64,000 bases of DNA from Leptogorgia sarmentosa. Lineage: Eukaryota. The translations under genes and the position numbers were made by a program. Shown piece by piece: positions 47,565 through 61,799 of this stretch. The notes below the pieces were generated by a model. It ran no database searches. It was not told the DNA's origin and was given only the letters and a program-made list of their open reading frames with translations. The DNA is taken from positions 23,684,001-23,748,000 of the forward strand of contig OZ210885.1 of the NCBI GenBank assembly GCA_964658305.1. The letters run 5' to 3'. Within the stretch, counting starts at the first letter, position 1; every line of letters begins with the position of its first letter.

Positions 47565-49111
47565 GTATCTTTCACATTCTTAGCAGGAATGGAGATTTTG
47601 CTACTAGAGACTTTTGTTGGAGCCAAACCTGAACTGGTTGGCACAGTTGTTTCAACTTCATGAGCAGCAAGTTGAGCTGCAGAAGTAAAGCTCTCATTAG
47701 GGGCCTTCTTAATAATAGGGGTTTGATGAACTATAGGGGTTTCAGATACAGTAAAAAAATTTAAAATATTGGCATCAGGTTTAGATTTTTTGGCAACTTT
47801 TTCAGAAAAGGATGGAAGAGATTTTGGCTTCTTTGTCACTGCGGAACCCTTCACGTCTACAACAGCTTTGCGTTTCTGTGAAATATGGTGAAAAACAAGA
47901 GGAACAAAATGGTTGGGTTGAAAGACCTCCCCAGGTTTAATAGTGCCATCACGACAAAATAAAATATGGTATATAATATACCAGTTACATTATGTGTTTG
48001 TTCATCCCTTGGTTGAACAAACCAATTAAACAACAGTTTATTTCTGGATTCCCCACAATCTGGGTAATAAGTATTAATGTTTCTATGTAAAACTGAAGAA
48101 AGACCAAGAACACATAAAAATGATGACCACTTTTTGTCAATGCAATTTAAAATAGCTTCCTGTTTGACCAAGCTATCTTTGGTTAACCCAGTATCTAAGC
48201 ACTCAACTGAGACTGACAGTGGTAAAAGGTTAGCAACACTTTTTGCAAAGTGCTCACCATGCTCTTTTATAAGAGACAAAAAGCAAGGATGCTGGCAATA
48301 AAAATTTGGATTGACGAAAAGCTCAATTGATGTCAAAATTCGAAGAGTTTTGACTAAAGTATTGTCACCTACCATTACCAATGACACAGCACTATACAAA
48401 CAATTACCAGAAGCTTCTGACCTACAAAAATGTCAAAATTAATCAAAAAGTGCGATTCCATATTTAATTTATACTATAACTGTATACTATTTATACTATA
48501 CTGTAAAGTGTAGATATTAACTATTATTAGTAGTAGTAGCCTTTTAATAATAACATAATTGACCAAATAAACTAATCTGAAAAAAACTCATCAACCAGAC
48601 TGACTCAAGTCTCAACCTGGTCTGCAAGACCGATTGTATTTCATGTGAATCATGTCATCGTGTTATAAAACATGTGGTCGATACCAAAGAAGCAAAATTT
48701 GCTGAGCTCAGTCTGAGCAATCAGAGATTTGATATTATTAAATATATAAATACAAAATAAGACCGTGTTTATAAATGATATGAAGAGTTTAACTGTTTAA
48801 GGCACATGAATTAATATGACCTTTGCACCGACGCGCAAACATATGCTAATTTTCTCAAAGGTCAACTATAGCATATTTCATATATTTACAACTGTTAATG
48901 CTCCAAGTAAAGATTCAGATTCTTACCTTATTGCTGTACATTTTTCCCCTTGTTTTCTGACAAAAGATGGGACGTACGTTTCTGCCTCAAAATTTCTGGC
49001 AAGAGTACAGCCAGGGTCACGGACAGCTGCCAGAAGCGCGTCTGTTGTCTTCGCCGAATCCGAAGCGACATTCAGTTGTTTCAGAAGGCTCTCGTTAGCC
49101 TTTCTTATCAT
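47565..49111 (-). pseudogene. Spliced ORF with OTU/vertnin-like domain inside hAT
   Basis: GT-AG intron 48926-48422 joins TAIR to SEASGNCLYSAVSLVMVG. Later LGLSSVLHRNINTYYP, and a frameshifted PNHFVPL near 47910. Confidence 0.65.
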
Positions 49112-49867
49112 AACTTCGTCGTTTGATTCAAACGCCGCTTTTTAACGTGCTCGTATTCAATCATTTTTGAATAAAAGCATTCACCGCTCGATTTAATTTT
49201 TACTGATACGCACTTACAACTTGAGGACACTCTCAATAACAGGACGATCGGTAAAAGAACGAATAACACGCATGCTGATGAGTCAAAAATCGAAGCAGAC
49301 AAAGCAGACCCTACGTAGATCGCGAACCAACCAATCACAATTGCCAAAAATCTCGCATATTAATGAAAATAATGCAGACCCCAGCGAAGAATAAAGCGAA
49401 ATTCGGTTTTGACCAATCAGGTCTCTGCACTATTACGTCAAATTTAAGCAGACCCCCACAAACATAAAGCAAAACATGTATAAGCCAATCAAATGGCTGG
49501 ATTGGCAAATTTTGCTTTATCCATAGAGATCAGTGGTTTCTGATCTGGACCGCTTGTCGAGAATATCAATTTTGCGAGAACAGGATGAAAAATGTAACTG
49601 GAGTGCTGGTTCTTCTTGAATATTTTTTGAATATTAATTAGGCGAATTTTACGTAAGTCGCGTGCTTTATTTGACTTACCCTAGATCCGCCCCTGATACT
49701 ATCGTCCGAATCCAGAACACAAGTTGCAATTAAATAAAGCCAAACCAATTCACTCCCCTACCACCCCTCCCTAAGTCACATTTCCATTTTTCCCCCAAAT
49801 CTGGGGATTCACTTGACCAGCCCCAGGCCAGGGTCTCTCCAAGAAAATCTCGCAAAACGTCAGCGTT

Positions 49868-50350
49868 GTGAATAACCAAGAGATAATCCGACAATACAAG
49901 ATTTTCGTACGAAGACTAGCATCAAAAACAGAAGCAATAGCAATACCAGAGTTGCAAAAGATGGATAGCAAGGATTTAATAAAAAAATTACTGACCAGTG
50001 GCGGTGAACTATACGTTGGTTGTGAGATGGTAGTTGAAGCAATAGTTGTTGCAGCAATCAAAATGACTGTTGAGTCTATTGCTGAATCAGTTATTTCGCG
50101 CTACAATACGCACAACAGTAAACTAAGAAGTATGCCCAAGGAAGCGGTGAACAATGAGCTGTGGATTGCCTGCAACGGCCCAGAGCTTGGTGGTGCTGAT
50201 CGCATCTTATCTTCAGCCTTGTCAAATTATTCCAGGCATGGAAACTGGCATTTTGTAACAAGAAAAGGAGAGCAGAGTAAACTTTATAACAGCAAAGTTA
50301 TAAACAGAATCATCTCACAACAATCGAGATTGCCCTTCGTTACACAATAG
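49868..50350 (+). pseudogene. Probable C-terminal fragment of a hAT-like transposase
   Basis: TVESIAESVISRY...ELWIACNGP resembles a divergent hAT dimerisation region. Confidence 0.45.
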
Positions 50351-50869
50351 GGTGCATGTTAAGCAAGTATCTACTTCACTATGCTATGTAAAGTTTCTAT
50401 TTGGTTAAACGTATAAGCATTAAGCAGTCGAACTGTTGATGCAATTGTATGATTTAAGCTAGCCTACTCAGTATTATGCGAGTTATTACAGTAGTTCACT
50501 TCGACTTTGTAAATAGATTCTACATACACCACAAAAATATTACTCTTTTTGGTCTATTTCAATAGTTATGTAACTGATAAGTGATAACATGTGTTTGCTG
50601 TGCGCCTGCCCACAAAATAGAACAACTGTTGTCGACTTGTATGCGCCACTTGTTCTTAGATATGCAAAAAGTGCAAAGAATGATCATTCCTTAGTTAAAA
50701 CCATAATCACCAATCATGTGTGCATTATACAGGTAGGTACAATTTATAGCGCTATATTTGACATGGTTATAATCTACACACTGCAGGTCTGCAGGAAATT
50801 TATAATCTTCTTACTGTGCTCGCAGGAAGAAAATTATTTTTTCCACCCCTGGTCCCAACATGCCGTGTA

Positions 50870-51602
50870 GTGTGGTGACATCAGAATGTCTTATTGAGTT
50901 CATAGCCACTTTTGGCTGTGACTTTCTTGGAGACAGCAAGCTTTAATGTCTCATTGGTCTTGTTGTTATATGCTTCAATGAATTTGTCCAAACTATCTTC
51001 TGGAAGAGCACAGGAAAAGGTAGACTTGAATTTACTAAGGGTCCCTTGTACTGTCAGGGACTTGATATCTTGTTGTTCAAGCGGCAACAAATCTAGGACA
51101 GATGCTTTTAGTTCTTCAGTATTTGAGAGTCCAGGTAAGAGGTTTTCAATCTCTTTGGCTGCAGCAACAAAGACCTCATCAATATCCATCTATAAAGCAG
51201 AAACACCAGGCTACATTATGTTTTCTGAAAGCATACAGTAAAAACTTAAAACCCTAAATTACATTTTATCTTCACATATATAGGTGTGTTTGTCTAAGCC
51301 TTAGCCACTGGTATTGTTAAATATTCTGAAATGGGGGGGGGGATCTTATATCATTTTCAACAAGTCAGCTACAGGCTATCTACTGTAAATTCCTACTATT
51401 TTAAATATTAAATATGGGAATTAATGTTAATTTTGTAAAAAGAATCACATACATAGTATATAGCAACTAACCTACTATAACCCACAGTAAACAATATAAA
51501 CATGTAAATGCTCACCTCGCGTTTAAACGATTGTATTTGCCAGTTGACACATGACACGAAGGAAAACTCTTTTAGCCACAAAATGACACTTTCCAGATTC
51601 AT
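50870..51602 (-). pseudogene. Spliced gene fragment, possibly a transposase N-terminus
   Basis: Exon-like MNLESVILWLKEFSFVSCVNW ending at a GTGAG donor, then ORF 50881-51189. Family uncertain. Confidence 0.3.
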
Positions 51603-51659
51603 TTTAATAGTTCTCAACTCGAATACTAGAACTCGCGTCTCAGTGATGTAAGATCTTAG

Positions 51660-52035
51660 TGATGTATTTAGTGTATTGCTGGAAAGCTTTCGAAAACAAT
51701 GCTTGATACGAAATATCTCAGCTTGAGATATTTATCAAAAGAACAAGATAAATATTTCATAATTTAATGAAATGTTTTTTCCAACAAATAGAAAATGTCT
51801 TGCGCACAAAATTTAAAGGCTCAAAAGCAATTTTTAGTTGGACGGACGGAAACTTTCACATTCGAAAAAAACACTCCCCCCGGGTTTTTGAAAATTCAAA
51901 TTACAAAATGTTTTCGTTTATTCTACATTATAAGTACTCAACCAATCCACATAAACCGAAAACTTTGTACCCCGAGCCCCTTTGCGAAGTTGAGAGCGAT
52001 TTAAAATCTGTTCACTTTTTTTTTTATACACCCTG
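51660..52035. mobile_element. Tc1/mariner-type MITE fragment, same family as 11226-11699
   Basis: Shared terminal ~160 bp ending TACACCCTG followed by TA. Confidence 0.65.
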
Positions 52036-52665
52036 TAGTTCGTAGTTTCCAGACACCAAGTCGCTTTTGGACAGGCTTGCCTTATCGAAAATTACAGGAT
52101 ATTGAATATGTCTATATGTGTAGCTTAATAAATAGGAGTGAAGTTTATCAGAAACGGGCGATGAATATTTGTCTCATTTGGTAGACAGAATGAAAAAGAC
52201 AGCCCTCGCCAGTAGGGCCTCGAGTATGGTAACATCCTACCTTAGATCACTAAAGCGATGGAAGTCATTTACCGACCAACATCATGGGCTTTGCTATTTT
52301 CCAGCAGAACCCTCTCATGTAGCTTTATACTTTCAGCATATAATGGATACTAGTAACTGGTTCGTACCATTCCGTCGATGCTGCATTCTACGCTCTTAAA
52401 TGGGCTCATTCTATGGCGGACATTCCTTCTTTAGGAACATCAAAAATCAATAGAAAAGAACCATTAACCATGGAACAGTTAAATATCATAGTAACAAAAT
52501 TATCCAACACACTGCAGTTGCACAACGTTTGTATGTATTCACTAGCGTTTGTAGGATTACTCCGTTTTGAAGATCTGGCCAGTATCAAAAGAAGTGATCT
52601 TCTCTCTAACCCGGAGTACCTGACGATTCTTATCCCGAAAAGCAAGAACGACCAGCTACGAAAAG

Positions 52666-55600
52666 TAGGCCGTATGCCGTGCCGCCACATTGTTTACTTT
52701 CATTTCACATGTCTGGGAACTGAAATATTTTTGTGCCTCTTACCTCATTTAATTATGCTAAATCCAAATCCGAAAAGTTCCCGCTCCTCCTGCCTGCAGT
52801 TTTTTTGGGAAAACCATTTATATTTTCACTCCTTCGAAGTTTTTTCAAAACACACACGCCATCTTGAAACTTGCCAACTCCTGAATATCATCGCTCAGAA
52901 GTTTGATTTGTTACCTTCCACTTCCGGTTTTTATGATAGATTGTCTTTTTAGTTTATGTCAATTTATATAAGTTAAAATATCACCTGTGAATCTTCTGCT
53001 GTTTCTTCATGGGCGCTGCTTGTTAATTCATCAAAGTAATAATTCATTAGGTCTGATAGTCACAGAAATGCTTAGTTTTAGCAATCGGTTACAAGGGTTT
53101 TTAGATTATGTAAATTACTCTTCATCGTTGTCATGTCACTCAAACTTAAATCACTGCCGCAACTATAGCTATCAGAGTCACTATCAATGCTATCCCAAAG
53201 TTCTTCACTGGTATTTTGGCAGTCATCACATGCACAAAGATCAGAACACTTCAAAGATGCCCTTACACAAGAACATCTTCTATTGCCGCACCCTTTTTTA
53301 CACTTACAATTGACCAATTCAAGAATTGAATCCGGTGGTGCTGGTATAGTCATCCAATCACCTACCATGTTTCCCTCTTCGTCAAGTTTCCAACCATGAC
53401 TGCAGAAAGATGGTAAACTTAATGTAGCTTGCATTGCATGACGCCAGATAAAGCATTGGAAGTTTGCACGTCTTATATGTTGATTAAGCGAGTTGAGGTT
53501 GGGTGGTAGCAGCTTTTCTTCGTACTTTCCACTCTTGAAAGTTTCAAACCGAACAGAATTTATTTCCGTGTAGCCTTTGTACCCGTATAATTCACAAACA
53601 AACTTATGCAGTTTTTCTTTAAGTTCTTGCGAAGGATTTGGTTGACTTCCCAGGTTGGCAAACGCATGTCGAAACTCTTCATTCGTTTTGGCTACTTTCC
53701 ACACAGAAAGCTTGCCTTTTCCGTAAAATGCAAGAAATGCAAATCTTTTATAGTTGCACAAAAAAAGCTGACTGAGAAAACGAGTTAACGATTGCCTGTG
53801 CATATACATCTTGACAGTTATACACTCTTTGGCTCTGCGTAACAGTCTTCTAAACTCAGGACATCAAACCGATTAATGGCGAAACATAAATTTGAATATT
53901 GCAGAGTGCTAAATATAAATGCTATCAATAAATTTTCAAAATATACTAGCCCACATTAATTGCAACAATGGACCTTCTCTATAATTGTCTCAAATGCTAA
54001 CGTCAAATGTTACCATTTGATATTGTTTTATGGGAAAGGTCTAGTCTTTGTCAAAACATGAGTTTATGCTCAAACCTGTAAAAGCATGAAGACCAATTAG
54101 AGCGCTACACCACTGATGTCCAATGCATTCTTTGATGAGGTTTAACAAAATAATGCACCGTCCATTTCCAATCCAAGCATCCGTGTATCCGCCTTCTCAT
54201 GGTCACACTTTAGCTCATCGACTGCATAACACGCAAGTAAAGCACTTGATGGGACGAACTTGTGACATATTTCCTCATGAGCCAAATAGATTTAAATACC
54301 TTTCAACACTGCTGGATCTGCTTTCAGCCAGGAAATATAAATGAATTTAATTAACTCTATTTAATTAATTAATTTTATTTTGACCACAGGATAAAAGGTT
54401 TTTCCATTGCCGAGGAACATTTTGAGCCATACTGTATATCTTTACTTTCTGAACATGTTGGGCTGATCGTCGATTTCTTTCCAGACCTTTTATGCTTTGC
54501 TGCAGATACCGATCGCATACAAAATCCACTTGTTTGCACTTTGATCGGCAGGCATAATTGACAACTTTAACCAACAATTGTTTCAAAAGTTCCCCAAACG
54601 TATCTGGAACGGGAATTAATGTTTGCAAAATGGCAAAGGCGTTGAGGACACACGCATTATTCCCCTCAGAAAGATCAACGACTGTTGAGCTGTTTGCTTC
54701 GTTTTCAACTGCCTCGAGCAATTCTGACTTTTGAGTTGTTGCGAGGGAACTGGGAAATGGTCTGAGGGAATACTTTAGAACATCTTCATCTCCTTTGCTG
54801 CTCTTAGTGGTAACTTTCTTACCCAAAGACGAAAATGTTTTCAAGTTTGTTTTTTTAATCGTTGAGTAAATGTTCGGATCGTCCCCGGTGATGTTGGTCT
54901 TCATAAAGTCAATGGAGGCAGTTTTACCTTTTTCCAGCATTGTTTTCATATCATACAGCTGAGGAAGCAACTGTTCCACTCGCTAAGTGCACTAAATCTT
55001 CATGGTCGTTTTCAAATGGGTTAACCATTAACTTGATAGTTTCAACTACATCAACCACTGCCTTTTCATCGACTTCAGTTCACTACTTCTATCCAGATTT
55101 TTTCTGCTCCTGCAAAATGGAAATCGTTCCATTGACGTCTTTATGTTGTTGTTAAATAGTGTTCAATTAATTTCATTAAGTTACCTTTTAACCACATTTA
55201 TGTCAGCCATATCCTCTACAGAACTTTGTTCCGCTTGACCCATTAGCCATCAGTGCACTGCATCTTTATTGAGCGTTATCCCGATCAGTCCTCCTTTCGT
55301 CTTGGAATCTCTAAATGAAGAATAATTTATATTCATTATTTAGAGAACAGTAGCTACATGTTGTGATAAACATAACGATAAATGGTGTTATACAAACCTA
55401 TTCAGAGTTTGTTCTATTGTTTGATTACATGCCACGCTTGAAAACGAATATCTGTCTTGTCTTTGAACTGTCTAGTTACTTAGGATGTTTGCAGCTACAT
55501 CTAATAAATGCATAGGATTGAAAAGTATAAGATGAACGGAATTTGTTAATTGTGGGATTGTTTACACTGAAACGTAATTTTTCTGAAGAATTAGTAATTA

Positions 55601-58274
55601 TGTCTACAGAATGTATACGTTATATACTTACAGGGATGCGTCTTTTCAAGATCACTGACCTCAGTTAACTAAGGTGAAGGCGCCAGTCTGTCGTTCGCGT
55701 AGCTCTCATATGCAGGAGAAGAAGCTGGATCATATCAATATATTTCGACCAGAAGGCAAATAATGGATTTTCTTCACAACGTTTGTTCACAAAGTCATCG
55801 AATATACGTTTTAAATCAATAGCATTTGTGCTTTCACAGTTGCTCCAAAAATTATCCAAGTTAGAATCAGCTCTCAAACTTACACCAACCGAGTCAAGCG
55901 TAGCTTTTTCTGCTGTTGTCAACATCTCCTCGAATGCTTCCCAACGCAATCTTTCAAGCGCTTCGTAGATAATTTTGTGAACTCGAATGGAGCGATTGTA
56001 GCGTTTGCCGCTAAGCACGCCTTTAATGGATCCTGGTGCGATGATTTCCGACTCAATCATAATGTCCTAGATATGATATATTAAATTATACGCATGAGTA
56101 TCTTAGTTTAAAAGGTGATATTTGTTAAGCTTATATTTGATCTTCAAATTTCCCAAGGCCTTTTTGTAAATAAATGTTTGCAGAAAAAGAATTTAAAGTG
56201 TTATATATTAAAGTTTTTGGAGACAATATTTTTCATCTGATTTCTACTCGTTAAAATGTTTAACTCATGTAAAGAGTAAGTTCATTGAAAAACTTGTAGA
56301 GCATTGTACATGTGTGAGAGATACTTTACTGTATATGGATGTACAATCGCTTTTACATACCTGCAAGCCGGCATCCTTGAAAATTTTTGCGATAGCGCTA
56401 CAAAAAGACATGATCGTGTGGAAATTTCCGAGTTTGATTACCAACTGCTTCTTTAACTCATCATCATTCCATCTTATTGCCTGTGCCTTGGCATAGATAG
56501 CCTCATCACAAGGATTTATTTTTACCTTTTCTTCTGTGATGGGTTCGGACTGTTAAGAAATTATGTTAGAGGTTTAAGTAATGGTAATTATATAGATAAC
56601 CAGATTAAGATTAATCAGATTTTGAGACATTTTATGCATGCCATTAATAATATGATAGTTAGTTGGACACAGACCGTGATACTGGGCGGGTGATTGTGAA
56701 GGTGAAATTAAAACTAAGAAAAAACTTGTGAATTGTGAATAGTGTTGCGCTCACCAAACATTTCCGACAGGACGTAAACCCAAGACACCAAGACAAGAAA
56801 TTGTACAACATTATGGGAATAGACTGATTTGCTTTCAAGAATGTAAAATCGTAAGAATCAGGCGGCCAGTCAGAATCCATACCAGTGCTTTCCTCCAAAA
56901 GTTTTTCCAAAACATTGTCAATATTTTTTACACAGCCAATGAACTCCTTTAACAGGTAACTAAGTAATACGATTTCGCCACGCAGAATTCTATTCTCGAT
57001 TAACTGGAGACAAAACTGATCAAAAGCTTTGTCATACAGTGTTTTTCTGATGATTTTCGGTTTTCGTGAAAGACATCTTGTGTATGCTTGATAGCAATGC
57101 TTGTGGTACCACACCTTACTTCAATTGCCACACAGTCTTGCTCACGGATATGTAAGAAAACACTCTCGTTGTTCCTCATCAATGCGGCTTGTTTTAAAGT
57201 ACCTGCAGTTAGCATGTGGGCCACTGACAACTCTTGCTTTATGCGTTTTTTTGTTGCCTGAGAAAAGGTGATAATGATTAATGATACTGGTTGATAGAAA
57301 TAGCTTTCATATACATTTATACCCTTGTGTAGAAATTTGAGACATTGTTAAAAACACATTATGATAATGATGCAAACAAAGTAATTTACCATTTCTGTAA
57401 TTGTTATAGGTCCAGCGCGTTTGCAAATCAAGCATATTTCAGGTAGCATGTTCGATGATCAAAATGGACAAGAACTTTCTTTTCCAAAAGAACTGCGTGT
57501 TGTTCAGGCGACTTTAGTTGCTGGGTGGGGATCTTCGGACTCTGTTTTGTCGACGCATTCTTGAGCACTACGCTTTATGCTGGAGTTTGAAAGAGTTGTT
57601 TTTGCTCCCCGAAGTTTACTGATGTCTGTAAAATAATGATAACATGAAAGGTGGTAGCCGTACGCCTCATTAATTTGATCTATGTTGTAGTTGCCAGAGT
57701 CATCGATTAGTTTCAAAGATTCGGTCGCCACTTCAGTAAAATTCTTGTAGGATGCAGACAGATTTAACCACTGTCCCCGTATATCAAATATATTAATTAG
57801 GGTTTCATTAGTAAAACTCTCAATTTCTCCACCTTTTCCATCAAAATGTATCGCGCAAATGCGATTTTTTTCGACTTCCATTTTAATTACATTTTAAAAA
57901 AATAAAAGAACTCTTTTTCAGTTTTCGACGAATTTACATAATTATAATAATAATTTAAAATGCCATCAACTAAAAAGACATTTGTAAACAATCTGTCATA
58001 AAAACCGGAAGTGGAAGGAAACAAATCAAACTTCTGAGCGATGATATTCAGGAGTTGGCAAGTTTCAAGATGGCGCATGTGTTTTGAAAAAACTTCGAAA
58101 GAGTGAAAATATAAATGGCTTTCCCAAAAAAATGGCAGGCGGGAGGAGCGGGAATTTTTCGGATTTGGATTTAGCATAATTAAAGGAGGTAAGAGGCACA
58201 AAAATATTTCAGTTCCCAGACATGAAATGAAAATCGTTATTTAAGCACATTTTTCAGGGACAACATACGGCCTA
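52666..58274 (-). mobile_element. Academ DNA transposon, both ends intact, coding region decayed
   Basis: Ends TAGGCCGTATG...CATACGGCCTA; inner inverted repeats of about 245 bp (52698-52944 and 57988-58232); 3-bp TSD AAG. Confidence 0.92.
53078..57881 (-). pseudogene. Academ transposase with XPG-like and Cys-rich C-terminal regions, multi-exon and disrupted
   Basis: DEAIYAKA, GNFHT, SGKRYNRSIRVH, DWRLHL, FYGKGK, HIRRANFQ, CKCKKGCGNRRCSC..CSDLCAC. Confidence 0.88.
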
Positions 58275-59342
58275 AAGGGGATGAAGTACTGATTAGCAAA
58301 ACTACATCAGCTATGTCTCCCATAAAATTTCTCAAGTTATACTTGTCTCGGGTGTAGATCCCGGATGACAGTCACAAGTTTATTTTTCGGCCCATGGTGA
58401 AATCAAAATCGGCTCATACTTTAGTTCAAGATGACAGACATATTAGTTACACCACATTCAGAGAAAATCTCAAGTCAGATTTACAAGGGATCGTTCCAAA
58501 TACAGCACTTTAAAGCTCTTATTTGTTGAGGTCTGGCGGAGCGACTAAGGAAGCTAATACAGGGATGAACGATCGGTTAATACAGAGGCATGGAAGATGG
58601 AAGTCAGCAGTCTCCAGAAATATGTATATTGACAATAGCATTCCAAAAAGGCTGGAAGTTTCCAAAATGATCCAAGCTTTTGACACCCTTTATGCTACAA
58701 CACTTCAGTTGCATTTATAATTTCCTGACAAATATATTGTGTGATTATAAGAGTGGAGACAAAATTGTATGTTATGCCACTCCATACACGGAGGAGGGTG
58801 GAGACTTTATTATATCCTTTAAAGGGGAAGTATATTTTATTCAATGTACGGTAAATCAAAGCCTGGTGTTCCAAAAAACGTTGTTTTGGAAAGCTACACA
58901 CACAGATTAGATACCCGTACTCCTTACTCTCCCATAATGATGATGTAGTACAGATTAAAGAAAAGTTACTCCGCTCCAGCACAGCACTGTCACTTGAATT
59001 AAAAACTGGGAAATTCTATGTTGCGGATGTTTCAAATTTATTCAAAATATCAGCTCAAATTGATTTGTTTAGATGTGAACTTTCGACAATCTAGCATTGA
59101 AAATTCGCCGTGGATATTCATCCGACACCGGAACTCAATGTCTGATGGCTATTCATCCAACATTCACCACACGCTTGTTATCTTTGGTGATGTTACTGTC
59201 GTAAGTGTTGATCGAAGAGTTATTCTTCCAACATCGTGTCGTAACAAACTGCTATTTATCTGACCAATGTCGTAACAAAGAAAGCACACGCTATTTCACC
59301 AACAGTTAGCAGTGACTTTGCTTGTGACTTTGCTTCCTGTCT

Positions 59343-59780
59343 TTAATTATTCAAATGTACTGCAAATATTAAAGGTTGCAAACTTTGCCACGCTTCCAAC
59401 GGTTCTGTTGTGCCAGAAATATGTATTTGCAAATGTTTCTCAACGCTGAAGGCAATCAACGAATAAGCCTTATCTGATCTAAGTTGATCTGATCTAAGTT
59501 GATATGATCTCTTCGCTACGTCTGATGCACCCTCTTCTGGAGGCTGCTCCACTCCTTCTTGTGTGAAACCCCACAACCCACGTTCCATAATAACAAGTTT
59601 AATGTTATATTTCCATGATTGGTAATTCCTGCCGTTCAGTTTCTCTATCTTCGTGATTTCTGCCATCGCTGAATCCAAGCAACAATAACAATACGCACAA
59701 ACAACCATGCCAATTTACGCCTTTCAGGACCAAATAATACTCAAAAACAACTTCTTTCACGTCCTGGGCCCATAACCTAT
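59343..59780 (-). mobile_element. Copia 5' fragment (PBS and gag start)
   Basis: GGTTATGGGCCCAG PBS; MAEITKIEKLNGRNYQSWKYNIK..GLW gag. Confidence 0.88.
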
Positions 59781-59859
59781 TATGAAATCACTCTGCCAAG
59801 CTCATATATCATAGATTATTTTAATATTAATTAGAGAAAAGGAACCTAAAATAATAGTA

Positions 59860-60590
59860 CAACGTATAGATTGGATCCCTCGCACCTGCAATGAGGAAGC
59901 CGATTATTTAAGCAGAATTGTGGATTTTGATGACTGGCAAGTGGACGTCCGACTTTTTCGATCATTACAGTCCCGCTGGGGTCTGTGCACAATCGATTGC
60001 TTTGCAAGTTGCAAAAATAACAAAGTCCCGAGGTTTTACTCCAAGTATGTTAACCCTAACTCACTGGACGTAGATTGTTTTTCTTTTGATTGGGCAGGAG
60101 AATTCTGCTGGCTTGTGCCTCCAGTAAAACTGATCCCAAAGGCTATAAAGCATGTCTGTTCTTCGGGTTGTCGGGCAATAATAACAGTGCCGTTTTGCCC
60201 TTCAGCAGTGTTCTGGCCATTTCCCATTGACAACAACGGCATTTTTCGGCCATTCGTCGTAGATTCTGTTTACATTGAGGATGGAAAAGCCGTTTTCGTA
60301 CACGGTGCTAATAAACAGTCCTTGTTCGGGTCAGACAAATTTAACACTCCAGTATTTTTTCTTCTGTTGGATGGCCGACTTGTATGATTTTGGCAATAAG
60401 GTCTAACAACGATATAAAGCGGACCTTGTTCATGTTTATTTCTTGTTTTTTAATGTTTACAGGGTGAAATATTTTTTTCATGTGTTAGTCAAAGCGTGCG
60501 TCACGAGGACCTTCGTAAACTAGCTGCTTTTCTCCCGACACGCCTGATCGAATTGAAAGCACCGACGACAGTTGATAAGTACTCGTGGGC
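59860..60590 (+). pseudogene. DIRS fragment: RNase H end, methyltransferase-like domain, start of recombinase
   Basis: WIPRTCNEEADYLSR, TIDCFAS..NNKVPRFYS, WLVPP. Confidence 0.85.
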
Positions 60591-61520
60591 GTTAATACTT
60601 ATTTGTGATAAAGGGTGGAAAACCTGGTTCCAAGACTTGATGCTGTGATTGGCTTCCAGTGTTTTTGTCAAGCTGAGGAGGGTCGGTGGGATCTGGGGCT
60701 TGTTGAAGTAATTCACTTGGGTATGGTGGGTTAGTGGTGTCTGGGACTTGTGGTAGTATGCTCGGGGGGAATGCTTCTACAGACTGCTTACCTGCGATCT
60801 AGTGTTAATGATGGATGCAATCTTACTTGCTTCGGTCGTTCTTTGTTTTGCCAGTTCCAGCTCTGCTCTCTTTTGATGAAGTTCTTCTTCTTCTTGGAGT
60901 TCCATTATCCTTCGATTGGCATCATCTATATCTGATTGTTGTTGATACTCGTACTCCGATTGTAATGAGCTGCAACTTTTCGTTGACTCATCCCAGTCCA
61001 CTGAACGAGCTAGTGATTCTATTTCTCCTTGCTCTAACCGGTCTCTTAAATGTATATCTGCAGTTTCAATAATATTATCTACTTGTTCCCCAATTTCTTC
61101 AATCTCTTTGTCTAACTTTCCAACTTCTACTTCACTCTCTTCCTCATTGTCAAAAATATATAGTTCCTTTAAGTTGTTTATTAACTTCTCTATAATGTTA
61201 AACTCTGATTTTATATTATTTATACAGCGCCTAATTCCGTTCTTACTCGCAGTTTTCACTGATATCATCTCCTGTTAATCTTGCTTTTGCGTTCTTCTTT
61301 TCTCGTTTGAGTCATTCTAATTTCTGTAATGTTTCTGCCATCGTGGATAATTTCGAAGCTTTTACTTAACTTTTATGCTTAAATTCAATAGGGGGATCCG
61401 GCTCGAAGGACCAATTGTTCTCCCCAACTAGAGAATTATTGCCGGTTCAAGAAAATAAACTTTTTACTTTAAAATTATCCGAATGATTTACAAATAAACC
61501 TCCAACACGGTTTTTATTGT
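60590..61520 (-). mobile_element. BEL/Pao 5' fragment
   Basis: PBS TGGTCCTTCGAGCCGGAT (tRNA-Tyr-like) at 61396-61413, followed by a coiled-coil gag-like ORF. Confidence 0.7.
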
Positions 61521-61799
61521 TGCCCCCAAAAAAACGTCTCTCCTACCCTTTGAGCCTGCGAAATGTCAACTACATATACTTTATGTAATTGCATAATTAT
61601 TAACTGTCCGTAACAGATCTCCCTGAGAAAGATTCTATTGAACTTCCCGACGTTCCTTTTCGACCTTCCCCAAACGTGGTGGAAAACAGGGAAATTCAAA
61701 AACAACGTTCTTTTAGACTTCAAAGATTTTTTTCTTGTTGCCTTCATTATCTAGTTCTGGAGTTTGTGGGGAGAGGATTTTTTAAAGTAGCTTAGGCTG

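Larger units (their letters stand above)
42468..49695 (-). mobile_element. hAT DNA transposon with nested Gypsy and internal deletion
   Basis: 16-bp TIR CAGGGGCGGATCTAGG; 8-bp TSD ATACTATC (42460-42467, 49696-49703). Confidence 0.95.
52130..58690 (+). pseudogene. DIRS-type tyrosine recombinase split by the Academ insertion (52130-52665 and 58278-58690)
   Basis: GLLRFEDL, KSKNDQLR | KGDEVLI, LRSGGAT, RHGRWKS..MYI. Confidence 0.9.

Noticed and set aside
57887..58201. ORF similar to the tail of ORF 52413-52952, suggesting a gene pair
   Set aside because: Both are chance translations of the Academ inverted repeats.
59920..60387. Methyltransferase-like ORF as a restriction-modification gene
   Set aside because: It is the domain that follows RNase H in DIRS elements and is in frame with the RNase H end.
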